A stretch of DNA of 64,000 bases. Source: Thermodesulfobacteriota bacterium. GTDB taxonomy: Bacteria > Desulfobacterota > Desulfarculia > JACQYL01. The first letter of the stretch is position 1. Each line of letters starts with the position of its first letter. Below are positions 20,591 to 32,063 of the stretch, one piece after another. The notes under the pieces were generated by a model, which searched no databases, had not been told where the DNA came from, and saw only the letters and a list, made by a program, of their open reading frames with translations. The DNA is taken from the NCBI GenBank assembly GCA_963675595.2, contig CAXXLZ010000002.1:3392001-3456000 (forward strand), written 5' to 3'. A program made the position numbers and the translations under genes.

Positions 20591-21316
20591 ATGCGCCTGG
20601 TCAAGAGTATGCTCATTGTGATTCTTGCAATTCCCTTCACGGCGTTGCTGATCGCCGACATCCTGGCCGTTTGCAGCGTCGGCCCCAACGAAATGTTCGG
20701 CTACCGAGTGGGTCGGCTATGGGCTCGTGGAATTCTATTTCTGTGCGGGTTGAAGGTTCGTCTTTCCGGAGAGGAACTCCTCCGCCGCGATAAAACCTAT
20801 GTCTTCGTGGCCAACCATTCGAGTATGTTGGACATCGTCATTCTTTTCGGGTACCTGCCGGTGCCTTTCCGATGGCTGGCCAAGCGGGAGCTTTTCAATA
20901 TCCCTTGGTTCGGCGCGGGCCTGAAAAACATCGGCACGATTCCGGTGGAACGGAAAGATCCCCGGGTGGCGGCGAAGAGTCTCAGGAGCGCCGCAAGGCG
21001 GATTCGGGAGGGAGTGTCCGTGGTGATTTTCCCCGAGGGTACCCGAAGCCGTTCGGGGCTGGTTCAGGATTTCAAACCCGGGGCCTTTCATTTGGCCGTC
21101 CAGTCCGGTCAACCGGTGGTTCCCCTGGCCGTGGTGGGTGCACACAAAGCCCTTCCGGCCGGGTCTCTCGAGGTGCGGAAGTCGGACATACGTCTGATCA
21201 TCACTCCGCCCATTCCAACCTCGGGCACCCACCGAAACAAGAGCGTCCTCGCCCGTGAGGCCCATCAACGGATTGAGGCTCTTCAGGAAACCCATGAGTT
21301 CGGGAAGCGCACCTGA
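20591..21316 (+). CDS. plsC: 1-acyl-sn-glycerol-3-phosphate acyltransferase
   Basis: NHSSMLD and FPEGTRS motifs. Confidence 0.92.
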   Translation: MRLVKSMLIVILAIPFTALLIADILAVCSVGPNEMFGYRVGRLWARGILFLCGLKVRLSGEELLRRDKTYVFVANHSSMLDIVILFGYLPVPFRWLAKRELFNIPWFGAGLKNIGTIPVERKDPRVAAKSLRSAARRIREGVSVVIFPEGTRSRSGLVQDFKPGAFHLAVQSGQPVVPLAVVGAHKALPAGSLEVRKSDIRLIITPPIPTSGTHRNKSVLAREAHQRIEALQETHEFGKRT

Positions 21317-22970
21317 GACCACGATAAGCATCATCCCTCTGGGGGGGCTCGGCGAAATCGGTCTCAACATGATGGTCATCGAAACGGAAACGGCCTCCTT
21401 GATCGTGGACGCGGGCCTCATGTTTCCCGAAGACCACATGCTGGGGGTGGATACCGTCATCCCGGACATGTCCTATCTGGAAAAACGCAGGGATCAACTC
21501 CTGGGTGTCGTCATCACTCACGGACACGAGGACCACATCGGCGCGTTGCCGTATTTGCTCAGGAGCTTTCGGCTGCCCGTGTACGCAACCCGGTTCTCGC
21601 TCGAGCTCATTCGGGAAAAGCTTAGAGAACACAAGGACTTGACGGGTATCGACTTTCGTCTGATGGAACCTGGAGCGATCTTCACCTTGGGGCCTTTTGA
21701 AATCGATCCCATCCCCGTGCCCCATTCCATCCCCGACGGCATGGGTTTGGCCATTCAAACCCCTGTGGGGAGGGTCGTGCACTCCGGGGATTTCAAGATG
21801 GACGAATACGACGCGTTGGGGATTGAATCCGACTGGGACCGATTCGCCGATTACGGGGATCGGGGAGTGTTGGTGTTGCTTTCCGATTCCACCAACGTAG
21901 AACGGCGTGGCCACACGGTTTCCGAGGGAAAAGTGACGGACACGTTCCGAGAAATTTTTTCTCGATGCCCCGGAAGGATCATCTTGGCCGTGTTCGCCTC
22001 CAACCTGATCCGTATCAGGCAGGCCGTCGAGCTGTCGTTGAGCATGGGGCGCAAGGTGGCATTCGCGGGTAAGAGCATGCTTTCCAATGTGGCCATCGCC
22101 AAGGATTTGGGATACCTGGAAATTCCCTCCGATATGGAGATTTCCTGCTCGGACGCCTCCCGGGTTCAGGACAAGGAGGTCACGCTGATCACCACGGGGA
22201 GCCAGGGTGAGCCCATGTCCGCTCTTTCCCTGATGGCATTGAAGAAACATCGACGGCTTTCGATTCGGCCCACGGACACCGTGATTCTCTCTTCGCGCTT
22301 CATTCCGGGACACGAAAAAGCCATCACGGAGATCATCAACCTGATTTACCGACAGGGCGCCGAGGTCATCTATGAGGACGTATCCGAAATTCACGCTTCG
22401 GGCCACGCCTATCGAGACGAGCAGCGAGACCTGATCCGCATGACCCGCCCTCAATACTTCGTGCCCATCCACGGCGAATACCGGCACTTGGTGAAGCACG
22501 CGCGGTTGGCCCGGGAGTGCGGACTTCCGGAGCCGAATGTAATCCTTGCGGAAAACGGGGACCGGATCCGGTTCGACGGAGTGAGAGGCTTTATCTCCGA
22601 GCCCGTTGATACGGGAAGGGTCTTTGTGGACGGCAAGGGGGTCGGAGACGTGGGTCATCCGGTTTTGAGGGATCGCAGGCACTTATCCACGGAAGGCATG
22701 GTCATGGTGGTCGCCGCGGTGGACCAGAAGACCGGCGGCCTGCTGTCCGACCCGGAGGTGGCCACCCGAGGGCTCATACTCGAGGAACACGAAGAAGACT
22801 TCCTGGAAAACGCGCGACGCATTGTCAGGGAAGTGGTCGAGGAATATCAACGGAATCACGTGGTGGACTGGACGGAGTTCAAGCAGGATGTGTCACGCGG
22901 CATCCGGAGGTATGCCAACCGGATGCTCGATCGCAGGCCCTTGGTGCTGTGCGCGGTAACGGTCATGTGA
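21294..22970 (+). CDS. rnj: Ribonuclease J
   Basis: GGLGEIG, THGHEDHIG, HSIPD, GSQGEP, HASGH, PIHGE; start uncertain. Confidence 0.95.
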   Translation: MSSGSAPETTISIIPLGGLGEIGLNMMVIETETASLIVDAGLMFPEDHMLGVDTVIPDMSYLEKRRDQLLGVVITHGHEDHIGALPYLLRSFRLPVYATRFSLELIREKLREHKDLTGIDFRLMEPGAIFTLGPFEIDPIPVPHSIPDGMGLAIQTPVGRVVHSGDFKMDEYDALGIESDWDRFADYGDRGVLVLLSDSTNVERRGHTVSEGKVTDTFREIFSRCPGRIILAVFASNLIRIRQAVELSLSMGRKVAFAGKSMLSNVAIAKDLGYLEIPSDMEISCSDASRVQDKEVTLITTGSQGEPMSALSLMALKKHRRLSIRPTDTVILSSRFIPGHEKAITEIINLIYRQGAEVIYEDVSEIHASGHAYRDEQRDLIRMTRPQYFVPIHGEYRHLVKHARLARECGLPEPNVILAENGDRIRFDGVRGFISEPVDTGRVFVDGKGVGDVGHPVLRDRRHLSTEGMVMVVAAVDQKTGGLLSDPEVATRGLILEEHEEDFLENARRIVREVVEEYQRNHVVDWTEFKQDVSRGIRRYANRMLDRRPLVLCAVTVM

Positions 22971-23011
22971 TCCCTCGGGACGACCGCATGACCGAGCGAT
23001 AGGAAACACCC

Positions 23012-25171
23012 ATGACGGAACAGGCAAATACCAGAAACCTTCGGAAGGAGATACTGGGACTCCTGTTTCTTGCCGTGGCCATATTCGCGGCGCTGAGTCT
23101 GGTTTCTTTCTCCCCCGACGACCCCTCTTTCAATAACCCGGATCCTTTTGGCAATACGCGGAATCTTCTCGGCAGCGCGGGCAGCCATCTGGCGGGCTTT
23201 CTATTTTCCTTGATCGGTTTGTCGGCCTTCTGGGTGCCGGTGTTCCTCATCGTGGTTTCCCTACGATCCTTTGCAGGCCTATCCCTGCCTTCGAGCACGA
23301 GTTGTCTGGGCATGTTGTTGCTCGCCTTGACTTGTTCCGGGCTCCTGGCCATGGGACCCAAGGAGATGGGATTCGCCGGAGTTTCTTTCCCCACAGGCAG
23401 TATCGTGGGAACGGTGCTGAGCCGCGGCATGGCTTCCCAACTCGGGGAAGTGGGAACCTATCTGGTTCTCATCACCCTTGCCTTGGTGGGGGTGCTCTTG
23501 AGCACCCGGATTTCTCTGGTGGACCTTTCGGTCCGATTTCTGGCCTTCCTGTCTTGGATGCGAAATCTGATCACGACTTTTGCCGTCAAACATCGGGAAC
23601 GAGTCAAGAAAAAGAAGCAGCTGAAGGAACAGGCGGAGCAGCTTCCCAAGCGGAAACCCCGGGTTCGGGAAGTGGAACCGGAGCCTGTGGTTCAGGAAGA
23701 AGAGGCCGCACCCAAACAGAAAGCGTTCGATTTTATGGCCAAAGCGGGCTCGGCGCGTATTCCCTCCATCGACCTACTCGAAGACCCGCCGACCAGGGAA
23801 ACGCGAGTGCATCGCGAGAGCCTGGAAATGAACTCAAAGATACTCGAAAAGAAGCTGCTCGACTTCGGAGTGCAGGGGCACGTGTCCGAGGTGGTTCCGG
23901 GTCCGGTGATCACGATGTATGAATTCGAACCCGCCCCCGGTGTCAAGATCAGCAAGGTTTCCGGCTTGTCCAACGATCTGGCCATGGCGTTGAGAGCGTC
24001 GTCCATACGTATCGTCGCACCCATTCCGGGCAAGGCGGCCATCGGCATTGAGATTCCCAATACCAAGAGAGAAATGGTCTGTCTCAAAGAAATCCTCAAA
24101 TCCGAAGCCTTTGCCGACGCGTCGGCCAAAGGGCTGTCCATCGCACTGGGCAAGGACATTGTGGGATTTTCCATGGTGGCGGATCTGACCCGGATGCCGC
24201 ACCTTCTTATTGCGGGGGCCACGGGCACGGGAAAAAGCGTTTTTCTGAACGCCACCATTCTCTCCCTGCTTTATCAGTATCCGCCGGACAGGCTTCGTTT
24301 TCTCATGGTGGACCCCAAGCGCATCGAGCTGTCGGCGTACAAAGATATTCCCCATTTGCTCCATCCCGTGGTCACGGATGCCAAGAAAGCCACGTTGGCC
24401 CTTAAATGGGCGGTCCGGGAAATGGAGCGACGGTACCGGTTGCTTTCCGAATTGAACACTCGCAACCTCGAAGGCTACAACAGGAAGCTGGCCAAAGAAG
24501 GCCCGCCCAAGGAAACCGAGGAAGAACACGCTCCGTTGCCTTTCGCCGTCATTGTGATCGACGAGCTTGCGGATCTCATGATGGTGGCCTCGAAAGATGT
24601 TGAAGAGTCCATCACAAGGCTGGCTCAGATGGCCCGTGCCGCCGGTATTCACTTGATTTTGGCCACTCAGCGGCCTTCCGTGGACGTACTGACGGGCGTC
24701 ATCAAAGCCAATTTTCCCGCGCGCATCTCGTTTCAAGTATCCTCCCGTACCGACTCGAGAACCATTCTCGACGCCAACGGGGCGGAAGACCTTCTGGGCG
24801 CCGGAGACCTGCTTTACATGGCCCCGGGTTCCTCGAAGCTCCAAAGGGTTCACGGAGCCTACGTTTCCGAGGCCGAAGTGGGGCGAGTGACCGATTTTCT
24901 CAGGGGCCTGTCGGAACCGGAATACGTGGCCGATATTCAGCAGGTCACGGAAGGCTCGGACGAGGAGGAGAGTGAGGAAGCGGAAGACGACCGGTATGAG
25001 GATGCGATCCGCATCGTGTTGGAGACGCGTCAGGCGTCCATTTCCATGTTGCAGCGCAGATTGCGGGTGGGGTACAATCGAGCGGCGCGCATGATCGAAT
25101 TAATGGAGAAACAGGGTATTGTGGGGCCGTCGGACGGGGTCAAACCTAGACAGGTCATCGGCATGCCTTGA
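23012..25171 (+). CDS. ftsK: DNA translocase FtsK
   Basis: N-terminal TM domain, AGATGTGKS, IDELADLM, ATQRPS, gamma domain LQRRLRVGYNRAAR. Confidence 0.97.
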   Translation: MTEQANTRNLRKEILGLLFLAVAIFAALSLVSFSPDDPSFNNPDPFGNTRNLLGSAGSHLAGFLFSLIGLSAFWVPVFLIVVSLRSFAGLSLPSSTSCLGMLLLALTCSGLLAMGPKEMGFAGVSFPTGSIVGTVLSRGMASQLGEVGTYLVLITLALVGVLLSTRISLVDLSVRFLAFLSWMRNLITTFAVKHRERVKKKKQLKEQAEQLPKRKPRVREVEPEPVVQEEEAAPKQKAFDFMAKAGSARIPSIDLLEDPPTRETRVHRESLEMNSKILEKKLLDFGVQGHVSEVVPGPVITMYEFEPAPGVKISKVSGLSNDLAMALRASSIRIVAPIPGKAAIGIEIPNTKREMVCLKEILKSEAFADASAKGLSIALGKDIVGFSMVADLTRMPHLLIAGATGTGKSVFLNATILSLLYQYPPDRLRFLMVDPKRIELSAYKDIPHLLHPVVTDAKKATLALKWAVREMERRYRLLSELNTRNLEGYNRKLAKEGPPKETEEEHAPLPFAVIVIDELADLMMVASKDVEESITRLAQMARAAGIHLILATQRPSVDVLTGVIKANFPARISFQVSSRTDSRTILDANGAEDLLGAGDLLYMAPGSSKLQRVHGAYVSEAEVGRVTDFLRGLSEPEYVADIQQVTEGSDEEESEEAEDDRYEDAIRIVLETRQASISMLQRRLRVGYNRAARMIELMEKQGIVGPSDGVKPRQVIGMP

Positions 25172-25362
25172 TAGTGCGGGCGCATCCGTCATTTTCGGCG
25201 TCGGTTTCATGCCTGCCGGGTTGTGGACGGGGCGGGCGTTCCCTGAATAGCGGATGTAGGACACCCCGGGAGCAGGCCGTACACATGAGGCACCGCGGAT
25301 TGTATTTTCGGTGGGCTCATTGCGGGTTAAACTTTTTTGCGCAATCTCGGTTCGGATAGGTC

Positions 25363-26037
25363 ATGAATGCCAGAACTGCCGTGATATTGTGGATATGTGC
25401 CTTTGTTTTGTTCCCCACCATGGCTCCGGCTCAGGAGTCCATGGATTCGGCACTGCTTGATCGACTGAACAAACACTACGGGTCCATCGACACGTTTGTC
25501 GCGGACTACGTCCAGGAGTCGAAAACGCAGGCCTTGGGCGGACCGCAACCCATTACCATGAAGGAAATCAACCGCGGCGTGATCTATTTCAGGAAGCCGG
25601 GACTTTTTCTTGTAGATCAGAAAGAACCTCGTTCGGAAACGGTCATTGCCAACGCGGAATACACTTGGTGGGTAATTCCGGAAGAAAACAAAGTTTATCG
25701 ATACCCGCCCCAATCGAGATCCGGTGTAATCAAGGCGTTGTCGGGGCTGCTGTCGGGCAGGGAAAAGCTGGAGGACTTCTTTCGTCTGTCTTTGGTGGAA
25801 ACCGACGATTCCGAACTGGTAATCGGCATGTCGCCGCTTGAGCCCGCCGAAGATTTCCAGCGTCTTGACGCGACACTGGACAAGCGGAGTCTGAAACTGC
25901 TGGCCATGCGGGTCATCTATCCCTTGGGGCAGGAAGTTCTTTTCGAGTTCAATTCGGTTCAGGAAGACACGGCTCTACCGAAGGATTTCTTCGAATATTC
26001 CCCCCCCGCCGACGCACGGGTCATCATCAACGAATAA
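25363..26037 (+). CDS. lolA: Outer-membrane lipoprotein carrier LolA-like protein
   Basis: Signal peptide, F.ADY.Q, G.IYFRKPG, FEYSPP; position after ftsK. Confidence 0.8.
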   Translation: MNARTAVILWICAFVLFPTMAPAQESMDSALLDRLNKHYGSIDTFVADYVQESKTQALGGPQPITMKEINRGVIYFRKPGLFLVDQKEPRSETVIANAEYTWWVIPEENKVYRYPPQSRSGVIKALSGLLSGREKLEDFFRLSLVETDDSELVIGMSPLEPAEDFQRLDATLDKRSLKLLAMRVIYPLGQEVLFEFNSVQEDTALPKDFFEYSPPADARVIINE

Positions 26038-26092
26038 CCTGTTCCGACCCGTTGTCCGGCTCGCCCGGTCAGATCGGTCTACTCTCCTTAAT

Positions 26093-27502
26093 ATGAATGC
26101 GTTCGCGCTTCAGGTGGATTTGTTTTGCCGGAGGTGGAAGCTCCTAACGCCCGGCAACCACGTGGTGGCGGCTTTTTCCGGCGGCCCCGATTCCACTGCG
26201 TTGCTGCATGCACTGCTGGAATTGAGCGGACCGTGGAACCTCATGGTGACGGTGGCTCATTTCAATCATGGACTCCGGAATGAAGCGGATGCGGAGGCGT
26301 CCTCCATCGGAGAATACGTACGCGGATTGGGCTTGGACTTTGTTACGGCCAAAGGAGATACGGCCGCCGCGAGCCGAAAAGGGAAATGTTCCATCCAGGA
26401 GGCGGCCAGGGAACTGAGGTATGACTTTCTTGGGTCCGTGTGTCGGCGTTTGGGCGCGCAGCGGGTCGCCGTGGGGCATACGCGGGACGACCAGGTTGAA
26501 GAAATCTTGTTGCGACTTTGTCGGGGGACCGGTCCCGATGGACTGTCGGGCATGCCCGTAATGCGTGCCCCCTTCATTCGCCCCCTGCTCGGGTCGTCCA
26601 GGCCACAGATTTTCGAGTACCTGAATACCGAGGGGGTTCCGTTCATCGAAGACCCTTCCAATCGGAATCCGCGTTTTCTCAGAAACCGGATTCGTTGGGA
26701 GTTGCTTCCGGTCCTGGAAGCGCTTTCTCCCGGGATTCGGGACCATTTGACGAGAGTCGCCGAACTGTCTCGAAAAGACTCGGAATATCTGGAAGATCAA
26801 GTCGGACGGGAATGGAGAAAAATACTCCTGTGTACCGCAGAGGGTTTGATCGTACTGGACCGGGAATCTTTCGTGCGTTCGCCTTCGTCGTTGGCGAGTC
26901 GGACCGTGCGTAAGGCTTTCGGAGAACTCACGGGTGAAGTGCGCGGTCTGGAATCGACGCATGTGGAATCGTTGATCGGGTTGGCCGAGTCGCCAACGGC
27001 CAACGCTCATTTGGACTTTCCGAAGGGCGTTTTCGTCGAGGTCTCCTATGATTCCATAACACTCGGCACGGAGAAACCGTTTTCCAGTCCCTTTCAAACT
27101 GTGATAAAAGAATATGGACGGCATTTCGTCCCGGAAATCCAATCCGATCTCGTGGTGGAAGACCACGCCCTCTCTTTGGCCGAGGCGGAATTCCCAACGT
27201 CGACGGTGAGTGCCGAGGCGTTGAGGTTCCCCCTGGTCCTTCGGTCGTTTCGTCCGGGTGACCGCCTGAAACCGCCGGGCATGACGGGGACCAAAAAGGT
27301 GAAAAACCTTTTTATGGACCGGAAGATTCCTCGTTGGCTGCGGCCGGCGATTCCCTTGGTGACTTGTGGGGATCGCATCGTGTGTATTCCGGGAATCGCC
27401 GTGGACCGAGATTTCGCACGGCCCGGCGAGGAAGCGCCCGGCGTTCGGTTCAGCCTGAGCGGCCGGCTGTCTCAATTCTTCAAATGTGCAAAAGTGTATT
27501 GA
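26093..27502 (+). CDS. tilS: tRNA(Ile)-lysidine synthetase
   Basis: SGGPDS PP-loop, HFNHGLR, GHTRDDQVE, DPSN...RNRIR. Confidence 0.96.
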   Translation: MNAFALQVDLFCRRWKLLTPGNHVVAAFSGGPDSTALLHALLELSGPWNLMVTVAHFNHGLRNEADAEASSIGEYVRGLGLDFVTAKGDTAAASRKGKCSIQEAARELRYDFLGSVCRRLGAQRVAVGHTRDDQVEEILLRLCRGTGPDGLSGMPVMRAPFIRPLLGSSRPQIFEYLNTEGVPFIEDPSNRNPRFLRNRIRWELLPVLEALSPGIRDHLTRVAELSRKDSEYLEDQVGREWRKILLCTAEGLIVLDRESFVRSPSSLASRTVRKAFGELTGEVRGLESTHVESLIGLAESPTANAHLDFPKGVFVEVSYDSITLGTEKPFSSPFQTVIKEYGRHFVPEIQSDLVVEDHALSLAEAEFPTSTVSAEALRFPLVLRSFRPGDRLKPPGMTGTKKVKNLFMDRKIPRWLRPAIPLVTCGDRIVCIPGIAVDRDFARPGEEAPGVRFSLSGRLSQFFKCAKVY

Positions 27503-27569
27503 TACCCTTCCATTCGGTACTCTAATATAAAAAATGTCCTTTACTGAAATTGAATCCTGGAGGTTCCAT

Positions 27570-29456
27570 TTGAATCCGTTTTTCAAGAATCTTGCCTTGT
27601 GGTTGGTCATCAGTCTGTTGATGATCTTCCTTTTCAACGTGCTGAACCGACCTCATGAAAGCAAGGAACAGATCAGCTACAGTCAATTCCTGGCCGCCAT
27701 CGACAAAGGCATGGTGGCCTCCGCCACGATCCAAGGGGAGACTCTTTACGGCAATTACGTGGACGGCAGAGGATACAAAACCTATGTACCCAACGATCCC
27801 GATTTGATTCGTACGCTCCGTGACAGCGGGATCAAAATCGAAGCCAAGCCTGCGGATGATTCTCCTTGGTATATGACCATATTGATCTCTTGGTTTCCCA
27901 TGATCCTGCTCATTGCCGTGTGGATATTCTTCATGCGTCAGATGCAGGCCGGCGGCGGAAAGGCCATGGCCTTCGGCAAGAGCAGGGCCAAGCTGCTGTC
28001 GGAAGACAGCAGGAAGGTCACCTTTGACGACGTGGCCGGTGTGGAGGAGGCCAAGGAAGAATTGTCCGAGATTGTGGAATTTCTGAAAGACCCGAAGAAA
28101 TTCACCCGGCTGGGCGGACGAATTCCCAAGGGCGTACTCCTCGTGGGCTCTCCCGGAACCGGAAAAACGTTGATGGCCAGGGCCATCGCGGGGGAGGCCG
28201 GTGTGCCTTTTTTCAGCATCAGCGGCTCCGAATTCGTCGAAATGTTCGTCGGCGTGGGCGCTTCCAGGGTCCGCGACCTGTTTGTCCAGGGCAAGAAACA
28301 GGCACCCTGCATTATTTTTATCGATGAAATCGATGCCGTGGGTCGGCATCGTGGTGCGGGTTTGGGAGGAGGACACGACGAACGAGAGCAGACTTTGAAC
28401 CAACTGCTGGTGGAAATGGACGGTTTCGAGTCCAACGAAGGGGTGATTCTTATCTCCGCCACGAACCGGCCCGACGTGTTGGACCCCGCTCTGCTGCGTC
28501 CCGGTAGATTCGATCGGCAGGTGGTGGTGCCCGTGCCCGACATCCGTGGAAGGGAACTCATTCTCAAAGTGCACACCCGAAAGACTCCCACGGAAGACAA
28601 TGTGGACATGAGCGTCATCGCCCGAGGAACTCCCGGTTTTTCAGGGGCCGATCTCGAGAACCTGGTGAACGAGGCCGCGCTGATCGCCGCCAGGCAGAAC
28701 AAGGACCGGGTGGGCATGCACGAGTTCGAAGCGGCTAAAGACAAAGTCATGATGGGCGCCGAGCGACGCAGCATGATCATCAGCGACGAAGAAAGGCGGA
28801 TCACCGCGATTCACGAGGCGGGACATACGCTGGTGGCGAAAATGATTCCCGGGACCGATCCCCTACACAAAGTCACCATCATTCCACGGGGTCGAGCCCT
28901 GGGATTGACTCAACAGCTTCCGGTGGACGAACGTCATACGTTGCCCAAGGACCATCTGATTTCCATGATTTGCGTACTCATGGGCGGGCGCGCGGCCGAG
29001 GAATTGCTCGCTGAGAGGGTTACCACCGGTGCGGGCAACGACATCGAGCGAGCCACGGACCTCGCCCATCGCATGGTTTGCGATTGGGGAATGAGTGAGA
29101 AGATGGGACCCCTGACCTTCGGTAAGAAGGAAGAACAGATATTCCTCGGCCGGGAAATCGCTCAGCATAGGGATTACAGCGAACACACGGCTCAGATGAT
29201 CGACGATGAGATCAAGGAAATCGTGGAGGGCTGTTATTCCAATTCGAAGCGGATTCTCGCGGATCATATGGAGATTCTCAAAGACCTGAGCGATACGCTG
29301 CTTGAGCGGGAAACCCTGACGGGAGAGGAAGTGGATTTGCTCGTTAAGGGCGAAGAACTTCCGCCCCGGGTCGTGCCGTCCAAACCCATGGGGTATCCAC
29401 CCAAACCGGAAACCCCACCGGCCGATTCCACTCCACCGGAAACTCAAGAGTCTTGA
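27570..29456 (+). CDS. ftsH: ATP-dependent zinc metalloprotease FtsH
   Basis: [26 protein letters not shown]; TTG start at 27570 after GGAGG. Confidence 0.98.
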   Translation: MNPFFKNLALWLVISLLMIFLFNVLNRPHESKEQISYSQFLAAIDKGMVASATIQGETLYGNYVDGRGYKTYVPNDPDLIRTLRDSGIKIEAKPADDSPWYMTILISWFPMILLIAVWIFFMRQMQAGGGKAMAFGKSRAKLLSEDSRKVTFDDVAGVEEAKEELSEIVEFLKDPKKFTRLGGRIPKGVLLVGSPGTGKTLMARAIAGEAGVPFFSISGSEFVEMFVGVGASRVRDLFVQGKKQAPCIIFIDEIDAVGRHRGAGLGGGHDEREQTLNQLLVEMDGFESNEGVILISATNRPDVLDPALLRPGRFDRQVVVPVPDIRGRELILKVHTRKTPTEDNVDMSVIARGTPGFSGADLENLVNEAALIAARQNKDRVGMHEFEAAKDKVMMGAERRSMIISDEERRITAIHEAGHTLVAKMIPGTDPLHKVTIIPRGRALGLTQQLPVDERHTLPKDHLISMICVLMGGRAAEELLAERVTTGAGNDIERATDLAHRMVCDWGMSEKMGPLTFGKKEEQIFLGREIAQHRDYSEHTAQMIDDEIKEIVEGCYSNSKRILADHMEILKDLSDTLLERETLTGEEVDLLVKGEELPPRVVPSKPMGYPPKPETPPADSTPPETQES

Positions 29457-30295
29457 GTCTGAAGAGAGTGGGCATGGACCTTCATTTGAACGGCAAACCC
29501 CTGATCATGGGTATCCTCAACATTACGCCGGACTCGTTCTCCGATGGAGGACATTTCCTTTCTTCGGAGTCCGCCCTGGAACAGGCTCGGCGCATGGTTT
29601 CGGAGGGGGCCGATATTCTCGATATCGGAGGAGAGTCCACGCGGCCCTTTTCGGAGCCCGTGTCGCTGGAAGAGGAGATGGAGCGGATCTTACCGGTGAT
29701 CCGGGTCCTGGCCGGAGAAATCAGCGTACCGATTTCCGTGGATACCTATAAGAGCGAGATCGCCCGTGCCGCGTTGGACGCCGGGGCCTCCATCGTGAAC
29801 GATATCAGCGCCTTGAGTTTCGACCCGAACATGGGTCGTTTGGCGGCGGAACGAGACGTGCCCGTCATTCTCATGCATATGAAAGGTCGTCCCAAAGATA
29901 TGCAGGTCGATCCGCATTACGACGACGTGATTGCCGAGATCAAGGATTTCTTCCGGGAGCGAATGAGTTTCGCGGAACAGCAGGGAGTGAAGAGAGAACG
30001 CATCATCCTGGATCCGGGCATCGGCTTCGGGAAAACGGTGAACCACAACCTGGAAATCATCAGGAGACTGGGTGAGTTTCTCTCCCTGGGTCGCCCCATT
30101 TTGGTCGGCTCATCAAGGAAGGCCTTCATAGGAAAAATACTGGGCAAGGAGCCTTTGGAACGGGAGGTCGGAACCAACGCAACCGTGGCCCTCTCCGTGT
30201 ATAACGGTGCTCGAATCGTTCGTGTTCACGACGTGGCGTCGGCCAAGGAGACCGCCCTGGTGGCCGGGGCCGTCAGGGCCGGGTTTGATGGATGA
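29453..30295 (+). CDS. folP: Dihydropteroate synthase
   Basis: [38 protein letters not shown]. Confidence 0.98.
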   Translation: MSLKRVGMDLHLNGKPLIMGILNITPDSFSDGGHFLSSESALEQARRMVSEGADILDIGGESTRPFSEPVSLEEEMERILPVIRVLAGEISVPISVDTYKSEIARAALDAGASIVNDISALSFDPNMGRLAAERDVPVILMHMKGRPKDMQVDPHYDDVIAEIKDFFRERMSFAEQQGVKRERIILDPGIGFGKTVNHNLEIIRRLGEFLSLGRPILVGSSRKAFIGKILGKEPLEREVGTNATVALSVYNGARIVRVHDVASAKETALVAGAVRAGFDG

Positions 30296-31095
30296 TGGAT
30301 GAGCTGATCAACGTCCTTCGTTGGCAAGATATTGTCGATATTCTGGCGGTTGCTTATCTTATCTACCGGGTTCTGCTTTTCATCAGAAAGACCAGGGCCC
30401 TCCAGATGCTTATCGGTCTCTGCCTTTTGGTAGGCGCCTTTTTCCTTTCCGAGCAGCTTCAGTTCTTCACCCTTCGTTGGATTCTCAACAATTTCCTGAG
30501 TTCCATCATCCTTGTGGTCTTTATCCTGTTTCAGTCTGAATTCAGGAGAGGACTGACCCAGGTGGGCAAGGGGACCTTTTTCTGGGACGTGCAGGAACAG
30601 CTTCAAATGGTGGAAGAAACCAGCAAAGCGGCGCTTCACATGGCGAGCAGGCGTATCGGCGGGCTTATTGTGATCGAGCGCTCCACGGGTCTCAAGGAGT
30701 ATGCGGATACCGGGGTCCCTCTGGACTCGGTTGTGAATCGGGACCTGCTCGTGGCGATCTTCAATCCGGAGTCCAAACTGCACGATGGTGCGGTCATTAT
30801 ACAAAGAGGCCGGATCAGCGCGGCCGGATGTTTTCTCCCGTTGACCACGGCGCCCAATGTGAGCAGGTACTATGGTTCGCGGCACCGGGCCGCCATGGGT
30901 GTTACGGAGGAAACGGACGCCGTGGTGGTACTGATTTCCGAAGAAGAGGGACAAGTTTCCTTGGTGGTGGACGGCAAGGTCAGCCCCAGAATGGATCGCG
31001 CCGTGCTCCAGGGAAGTCTGAGAGACCTTCTCACGGGTCACGACAGGAAACGAAGGAAATCGCAGACAAAGGAGTCCGGTCGCACCACGGGTTAA
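30292..31095 (+). CDS. cdaA: Diadenylate cyclase CdaA/DacA
   Basis: Three TM segments, LHDGAV and GSRHRAA DAC motifs. Confidence 0.95.
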   Translation: MMDELINVLRWQDIVDILAVAYLIYRVLLFIRKTRALQMLIGLCLLVGAFFLSEQLQFFTLRWILNNFLSSIILVVFILFQSEFRRGLTQVGKGTFFWDVQEQLQMVEETSKAALHMASRRIGGLIVIERSTGLKEYADTGVPLDSVVNRDLLVAIFNPESKLHDGAVIIQRGRISAAGCFLPLTTAPNVSRYYGSRHRAAMGVTEETDAVVVLISEEEGQVSLVVDGKVSPRMDRAVLQGSLRDLLTGHDRKRRKSQTKESGRTTG

Positions 31096-31104
31096 ACGGC
31101 GAAG

Positions 31105-32052
31105 ATGAAATTGGCTTGGAGAAAATTCCTGGGTGGGCATCTGCTGCTCAAAGCGGTGTCCCTGGTGCTGGCCGTGGCCCTCTGGCTTTTCGTGGTCGGA
31201 GAAGAGCGGGCCGAAGTGGGACTTTCCATCCCGCTGGAGCTGATCAACCTACCCTCCCATCTGGTGATCACCAGTGATGTGCCCAGAGACATCAGCGTCC
31301 GCGTCAATGGTCCTAGACGATTGCTGAGGTCTTTGCAGGCCGAAGGGATGCACCATACCATTGATTTGAGCGGAGTCCGGGCCGACACGGTATACTTCGA
31401 AATCTCTCCTGAATCCCTCCTGCTTCCTCATGGGGTCCACGTGGTGAGTATCAGCCCTGAGACGCTGAGCCTGACTCTCGACAAGATCGTGGAGAAAGAC
31501 CTTCAGGTGTTCCCCACATTGGCGGGAAAGCCGGCCGAAGGCTATGCCGTGACGTCGGTGAGCTTCGTTCCCGAGGCGGTAAGCGTTCGGGGGCCCGAGG
31601 AGGTTCTGAGTTCCATACATGCGGTCTGGACCAAACCCATCAATGTGGATATGAAGAAGGAGACGTTCCAGGTTGAAGCGGTTATGGACATCAAGAATCC
31701 TCAGCTTTCCGTAGCGGCCAAGAAACCCGTAATGGCCGAAATCAAGCTCGAAGAAAAGCCCATCACGAGGAATTTCCAGGATTTCCCCCTTGAAGCCCTC
31801 AATGCTCCACAGCAATTTCTGCTCAAGCCTGATCGCGTGGACATATCGGTTTCCGCCACGGTATCCGTCCTGCAGCCCGAATCCGCCGAGGGGAACCTTG
31901 TGGCCGTGGTGGATCTTGAGGGCCTCGAGCCGGGACGGCACCTCAAACAGGTGTCGGTCCGGGTGCCCCCGGGAGCGATCCTTGTGGACGTTTTCCCCTC
32001 GGTTGTCGAAGTGATCATAATGGACCCGAACGAAGGGCAACAGCCCCAATAA
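31105..32052 (+). CDS. cdaR: YbbR-like CdaA regulator
   Basis: N-terminal TM ([15 protein letters not shown]), repeated V.V.GP beta domains; lies between cdaA and glmM. Confidence 0.88.
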   Translation: MKLAWRKFLGGHLLLKAVSLVLAVALWLFVVGEERAEVGLSIPLELINLPSHLVITSDVPRDISVRVNGPRRLLRSLQAEGMHHTIDLSGVRADTVYFEISPESLLLPHGVHVVSISPETLSLTLDKIVEKDLQVFPTLAGKPAEGYAVTSVSFVPEAVSVRGPEEVLSSIHAVWTKPINVDMKKETFQVEAVMDIKNPQLSVAAKKPVMAEIKLEEKPITRNFQDFPLEALNAPQQFLLKPDRVDISVSATVSVLQPESAEGNLVAVVDLEGLEPGRHLKQVSVRVPPGAILVDVFPSVVEVIIMDPNEGQQPQ

Positions 32053-32063
32053 GGAGAGAACAC